Shown: positions 59,488 through 64,000 of the stretch, in pieces | How positions within the stretch are numbered: the first letter of the stretch is position 1 | Layout of the letters: each line of letters opens with the position of its first letter | Origin: Gammaproteobacteria bacterium | GTDB lineage: Bacteria; Pseudomonadota; Gammaproteobacteria; JABABF01 | NCBI GenBank assembly: GCA_965237805.1 | Contig: OZ250153.1 | Location: 1,376,001 to 1,440,000, forward strand | DNA: 64,000 bases | Reading direction: 5' to 3' | Translations under genes and position numbers: made by a program | The notes under the pieces: model-generated | Databases searched by the model: none | Told to the model about the DNA's origin: nothing | What the model saw: the letters and a program-made list of their open reading frames with translations, nothing else

Positions 59488-59957
59488 CTGGGGCGGTGGG
59501 TCACGAGGCCGTGGCGATGCCAGCCGCACGTCGCCGGGCACGGCGCTGCGCTCTGCAGGCCATCTATCAGTGGCATTTCGGCGCTGCGGATATGGCGGAG
59601 ATCGAGCTTCCATTCCACGCTGATGCCAAGTCCACAAAGCATACCGATATGGTCTATTTTTCGCGGCTGGTGCACGGCGTCAGTGGCTCTTCAGCAGCGT
59701 TGGACCAATTGTTGCTCCCCTGCTTGGATCGCCCCTTGGCTCGGCTGAGTGTCATCGAGCACAGCCTGTTGCGCCTCGGTGCGTGGGAGCTGCAGCAGCC
59801 TGAACAGCCGTGGAAAGTAGTGATCGCCGAGGCAGTGCGCTTGGCGACGCAGTTCGGCGCGCCGGATGGGTACAAGTACATCAACGCCGTGCTCGACCGC
59901 TTGGTGCGCCAGCTGCGTCCCGAGCTGGGGGCACCGAGCGGGAAGCAGGGCGCGTAG
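59484..59957 (+). CDS. nusB: Transcription antitermination factor NusB
   Basis: RRRARRCALQAIYQ, EAV.LA..FG, YINAVLD. Confidence 0.93.
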   Translation: MTGAVGHEAVAMPAARRRARRCALQAIYQWHFGAADMAEIELPFHADAKSTKHTDMVYFSRLVHGVSGSSAALDQLLLPCLDRPLARLSVIEHSLLRLGAWELQQPEQPWKVVIAEAVRLATQFGAPDGYKYINAVLDRLVRQLRPELGAPSGKQGA

Positions 59958-60898
59958 TGACGACCGCTTCGCCATCTGAATTCGAGATTATCCGCCGTTA
60001 CTTTGCCCCTATAGGCGCGGCGGATATTGGCGAAGATTGCGCCTTGCTGGATGTCCCGTCCGGCAGTCGGCTGGCACTTTCCATCGATGCCCAGCTGGCT
60101 GATGTGCACTTTCCGGCCGCCGCCGAACCGGCGGCAATCGCCGGTAGAGCATTGCGCTGTGCGCTCAGCGATCTGGCAGCTGAAGCAGCCGATCCATTGG
60201 GTTTCCTGTTGGCGCTGTCGATGCCGCAGGCCGAGCCGCGCTGGCTTGAATCTTTTGCCGCTGGCCTGTCCGAGGCGGCTCGTTGCTGCGGTGCCGGTAG
60301 CCTGCTCGGCGGCGATCTGAGCCGCGGTCCGCTGGCGGTGACGGTGCAGGTGCTGGGTGCGCTACCGCCACACTTTCCGCGGCTGGCACGCTCGGTCGCA
60401 CGCGCCGGGGATGCCCTCTATGTCAGTGGTACACTCGGCGATGCGGCGGGGGGACTACAGCTGTTGCGGGACGGGGAAAGCGCCGTTGCGCGGCCCGCGT
60501 GGCAACGGCAACTGTTGCAACGCTACTGGCGGCCTGAGCCGCGCCTCGCCCTCGGCCAGGCGTTGCGCGGCGTGGCACGCGCTGCCATCGATCTGTCCGA
60601 TGGCCTGCTGGCCGATTTGAGGCACCTCGCCATCGCCAGTGGGGTGCGCGTCGAGGTGGAGCCAGAGCGCTTGCCGATCTCCACCGCCCTGCGTCAATTG
60701 TGCGGCGATCCCGAGCGGCTTGCGCTCAGCGGCGGCGATGACTATGAGCTGTGTTTTAGCGCTGCTCCCAGCACGGTACCCGCAACGCTGGCTGGTGTGC
60801 CCTGCACGTGTATCGGCCAACTGAGCCACGGTGCGCCGCAGGTGCTTTGTGCCGGTGTCGACATCGGGGACGGGGACGGTGGCTGGCGACATTTCTAA
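59957..60898 (+). CDS. thiL: Thiamine-monophosphate kinase
   Basis: EFEII.RYF, GEDCA, LSDLAA, GGD, DLSDGL, GGDDYEL. Confidence 0.92.
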   Translation: MTTASPSEFEIIRRYFAPIGAADIGEDCALLDVPSGSRLALSIDAQLADVHFPAAAEPAAIAGRALRCALSDLAAEAADPLGFLLALSMPQAEPRWLESFAAGLSEAARCCGAGSLLGGDLSRGPLAVTVQVLGALPPHFPRLARSVARAGDALYVSGTLGDAAGGLQLLRDGESAVARPAWQRQLLQRYWRPEPRLALGQALRGVARAAIDLSDGLLADLRHLAIASGVRVEVEPERLPISTALRQLCGDPERLALSGGDDYELCFSAAPSTVPATLAGVPCTCIGQLSHGAPQVLCAGVDIGDGDGGWRHF

Positions 60899-61364
60899 GC
60901 CAGCTTCGCATTTGCTCGCCGACCCGCTGGTGCTGGTGGCCTGCGGCTTCGGCAGTGGTTTGTCGCCGCTGGCCCCGGGCACGGTCGGCACATTGGCTGC
61001 GGCGGCTCTCTACCTGCTACTGCCGGAGGCTGTGGCACCGGCCTTGCTGTGGGGACTGCTGGCGGTTGCGCTACTCGCGGGCATCCCGCTGTGTGAGCAT
61101 GCGGCGCGGCGCTTCGGTGGGGATGACCCGGCCGCCATCGTGTGGGATGAATGGGTTGGCTGTTGGCTCGCATTGGCACTGGCACCGACCGGTTGGCATT
61201 GGCTACTGGCCACCGTCGCGCTGTTCCGCCTGCTCGATATTCTCAAGCCTTGGCCGATCAGCTATTTGGATCGCCTCCACGGCGGCGTCGGTATCATGCT
61301 CGACGATGCCCTCGCCGGCCTGTTTGCTGGCGGTGCGCTGAGCTTGGTGGCATTGTTTATTTGA
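60879..61364 (+). CDS. pgpA: Phosphatidylglycerophosphatase A
   Basis: GFGSGLSPLAPGTVGT, IVWDE, FRLLDILKPWPI, GIMLDD. Confidence 0.93.
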   Translation: MAGDISKPASHLLADPLVLVACGFGSGLSPLAPGTVGTLAAAALYLLLPEAVAPALLWGLLAVALLAGIPLCEHAARRFGGDDPAAIVWDEWVGCWLALALAPTGWHWLLATVALFRLLDILKPWPISYLDRLHGGVGIMLDDALAGLFAGGALSLVALFI

Positions 61365-61445
61365 TGCCAGCACGCCGCCGTGGCGCTGTCCGGGCTTAGC
61401 GGCACTGCTACGCCTATAATTTGAGGCATTAAATTGGGGATGACG

Positions 61446-62708
61446 ATGATGAATATCGGCCAGTACATGCGGGATATGGGCAAGGCAGCTCGCCGTGCGG
61501 CCGAGCGCGTGGCCTTTGCCCCGGTGGCCGAGCGCAATTTGGCGTTGCACTCGGCTGCTGGGGCTCTGCGTACCGCCGAAGCTGAGCTGCTTGCAGCGAA
61601 CCAGCGCGATTTGGAGTCTGCGCGACAGAGTGAATTGGCCCCTGCGCTACGCGAGCGTTTGGAGTTGAACTCCGATCGCGTCGAGGCGATGGCAGTTGGT
61701 TTGGAGCAGGTGGCCGCGCTACCCGACCCGGTCGGCGCGGTCAGCGATCTGCGCAGTCAGCCTTCGGGGATCAGGGTCGGTCGTATGCGGGTGCCGCTCG
61801 GTGTCATCGGCATCATCTACGAATCGCGCCCGAATGTGACGGCGGATGCCGCTGCGCTGTGTCTGAAGTCTGGCAATGCCGTCATTTTGCGCGGTGGTAG
61901 CGAGTCCGTGCAATCCAATTTAGCCATCGCCACTTGCCTGCACCGCGGCTTGGCTGCCGCCAGCTTGCCCGAGCATGCCGTGCAGGTGGTAGCGCACAGC
62001 GACCGCGCTGCTGTCGGCGAACTACTCGGTCTATCGGAGTATGTCGATATGATTGTCCCGCGCGGTGGCCGCGGCCTGATCGAGCGTGTCAATGCCAGCA
62101 CACGCATCCCGGTGCTCAGCCACTTGGACGGGATATGCCATGTCTATCTGGACGATGCGGCCGATCCCGAGCGGGCGCAGGCCATTGCCCTCAACGCCAA
62201 GACGCAGCGCTACGGGGTCTGCAATGCGATGGAGACGCTGTTGGTGGCGCAGAGCGTCGCTCGGCAGCTGTTGGTGCCGCTGGGAGCAGCCTACCGGGAG
62301 GCTGGGGTCGAGCTGCGCGCCTGTCCCGCCGCACGTGAGCTGCTCGGCCCGGGCACCATCGCTGCCAGCGAAGCGGATTGGTCCACCGAATATTTGGCAC
62401 CGGTACTGTCGGTGCGTGTGGTCGCGGGCTTGGAAGAGGCGATAGCACACATCAACCGCTACGGTTCGGCGCATACCGATTGCATCGTGACCGAGCATCA
62501 GGATCGGGCGTGGGAGTTTCTGCGCCGGGTGGATTCCGGCTCAGTGCTGGTCAATGCCTCGACCCGCTTTGCCGATGGCTTCGAGTATGGCCTCGGAGCC
62601 GAGATCGGCATCTCGACTGACAAGTTGCACGCCCGCGGCCCGGTCGGGCTCGAAGGGTTGACCAGCTCTAAGTTTATCGTGCTGGGCGACGGTCAAGTGC
62701 GGTGTTGA
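61446..62708 (+). CDS. proA: Gamma-glutamyl phosphate reductase
   Basis: [34 protein letters not shown]; TATAAT at 61416 upstream. Confidence 0.96.
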   Translation: MMNIGQYMRDMGKAARRAAERVAFAPVAERNLALHSAAGALRTAEAELLAANQRDLESARQSELAPALRERLELNSDRVEAMAVGLEQVAALPDPVGAVSDLRSQPSGIRVGRMRVPLGVIGIIYESRPNVTADAAALCLKSGNAVILRGGSESVQSNLAIATCLHRGLAAASLPEHAVQVVAHSDRAAVGELLGLSEYVDMIVPRGGRGLIERVNASTRIPVLSHLDGICHVYLDDAADPERAQAIALNAKTQRYGVCNAMETLLVAQSVARQLLVPLGAAYREAGVELRACPAARELLGPGTIAASEADWSTEYLAPVLSVRVVAGLEEAIAHINRYGSAHTDCIVTEHQDRAWEFLRRVDSGSVLVNASTRFADGFEYGLGAEIGISTDKLHARGPVGLEGLTSSKFIVLGDGQVRC

Positions 62709-62734
62709 CTGGCGGGTGCGCACGGCGCGGTGGC

Positions 62735-63427
62735 GTGCCCACAATCGCCGCCGTGCTCGGCGGCACCTTTGATCCGGTGCACAACGGACACACCGGCCTC
62801 GCCACCGCATTGCGACAGGCTTTGGCACCGGCACAGCTGTGGTTGATGCCCTGTCACGAGCCGCCGCATCGCGCACCGCCGCAGGCCACGCCGCGCCAGC
62901 GCTTGGCGATGCTCCGCTTGGCTGTCGGCGATGGTGTGGATGCTGTTGGCATCGACCCGCGGGAAGTGTGCCGTCGCGGTGTTTCGTGGACAGTCGACAG
63001 CCTGCGCGAATATCGCGCCGAGTGCGGTGCATCGGTGCCGCTGGCCTTGGTGATTGGCAGCGATGCCTTAGCGGAGATCCACAGCTGGCACGATTGGCCC
63101 GCGCTGCTGGACTGTGCGCATCTCGTCGTGGTGCCGCGTCCTGGTGTCGATGCCATGGTATCCGGCAGTGTGGCAGCGGAACTGTTGCGCACACGCGGTG
63201 TACGACGCGGTCGGGAGCTGGCCGAGCAGCCCTCGGGGCTGCTGTGGTGGGGCGAGGAGCTGCCGCGGTGGCCGCAATCGTCCACCTCGGTGCGGGTGGC
63301 AGTTGCCGCTGGCGAGCGGCCGGAGGGTGTGGCAGAGCTGGTGTGGCGCTACATCCGTCGCTCGCAGCTCTACCGTTCCGGCTCGGGGGCATCGTCCGGG
63401 GGAGGCGCATTTCGTGCAGCCCGATAA
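62735..63427 (+). CDS. nadD: Nicotinate-nucleotide adenylyltransferase
   Basis: GGTFDPVHNGH, PPHR, IGSD, SST.VR. Confidence 0.92.
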   Translation: MPTIAAVLGGTFDPVHNGHTGLATALRQALAPAQLWLMPCHEPPHRAPPQATPRQRLAMLRLAVGDGVDAVGIDPREVCRRGVSWTVDSLREYRAECGASVPLALVIGSDALAEIHSWHDWPALLDCAHLVVVPRPGVDAMVSGSVAAELLRTRGVRRGRELAEQPSGLLWWGEELPRWPQSSTSVRVAVAAGERPEGVAELVWRYIRRSQLYRSGSGASSGGGAFRAAR

Positions 63428-63764
63428 ATTGAGTGCTGCACTTTGCGAGCTCTTGGAAGATGTGCGCGGGCGCGATGTCGTGGCGCTGGATATCCAGCCA
63501 CTGAGCCAGATCGCCGATTATTTTGTGATCGCGTCGGGCACGTCGTCGCGCCATGTGCGCACCCTCGCCGAGCGCGTCTTGGATCGCGTCGGCGAGATCA
63601 AGCTGCGGCCGCTGGGTGTCGAGGGCTTGGGGGACGGCGACTGGGTGCTACTCGATCTGGGGGCGGTAGTGGTGCACTTGATGTCGGTCGATGCGCGTGC
63701 CCACTACCGGCTCGAAGAGCTGTGGGACAGCGCTGAATGGCTGGCTGGGGATGGCAGTGATTGA
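63414..63764 (+). CDS. rsfS: Ribosome silencing factor
   Basis: IASGTSSRHV, WVLLDLG.VVVH, Y.LEELW. Confidence 0.93.
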   Translation: MQPDKLSAALCELLEDVRGRDVVALDIQPLSQIADYFVIASGTSSRHVRTLAERVLDRVGEIKLRPLGVEGLGDGDWVLLDLGAVVVHLMSVDARAHYRLEELWDSAEWLAGDGSD

Positions 63765-63883
63765 GCGGGGCGCACTACCCATAGGTAGCTCGCGCCGCTC
63801 CCATGCTATTATTTGGCTTGCTGATATATTGCTTATATGGTTGTATGGCGGTCGCCCTCTGGTTACCCCTGACCCAATTTCAG

Positions 63884-64000
63884 ATGCCCAGCCTTAGGAA
63901 CCGAATCGTTCTTGCGGCTTTATTGCCGCTGTCTTTTGCCCTGTGGGTTCCCGTCGCTGTGGGGAATGCCCAAGCGCAAGACGATGCAGCAGTGGCGGTC
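63884..64000 (+). CDS. 5' end of a probable secreted protein (runs off the window)
   Basis: MPSLRNRIVLAALLPLSFALWVPVAVGNAQAQD, a Sec signal with an AQA cleavage site. Confidence 0.5.
   Translation, partial: MPSLRNRIVLAALLPLSFALWVPVAVGNAQAQDDAAVAV

Overview
GC-rich gammaproteobacterial chromosomal window, judged from gene content and Pseudomonas/Cellvibrionales-like gene order. It is mostly housekeeping: manC (partial), fabAB, an alanine/glycine symporter, moeA/moaB, yaaA, an aa3-type cytochrome c oxidase cluster, recQ, a small acyl-CoA catabolic cluster, mobA, tsaB, uppP, trpS, tRNA-Leu(CAA), queA-tgt, mazG, metG, glyA-ribD-ribE-ribB-ribH-nusB-thiL-pgpA and proA-nadD-rsfS. Three accessory zones stand out. 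(1) 8.2-11.7 kb: a broken FRG-TPR gene, an orphan DNA methyltransferase and a voltage-gated channel. (2) 16.4-30.1 kb: the cox cluster is interrupted by a nuclease-domain gene, an IS5-scarred mosaic with a split and multiply copied DUF2909 gene, a tandemly duplicated and diverging GT87 gene, an AAA/DUF4143 ATPase and a DUF433/PIN toxin-antitoxin pair. (3) 44.1-49.05 kb: a four-gene operon coupled to trpS, encoding a MotA/TolQ/ExbB-type channel, two ExbD/TolR-like partners and a membrane-anchored double FGE/SUMF1-fold protein. This third zone is the best candidate for an uncharacterised ion-motive-force-driven envelope machine. All family assignments come from motif recognition by eye, not database searches, and start codons are best estimates.
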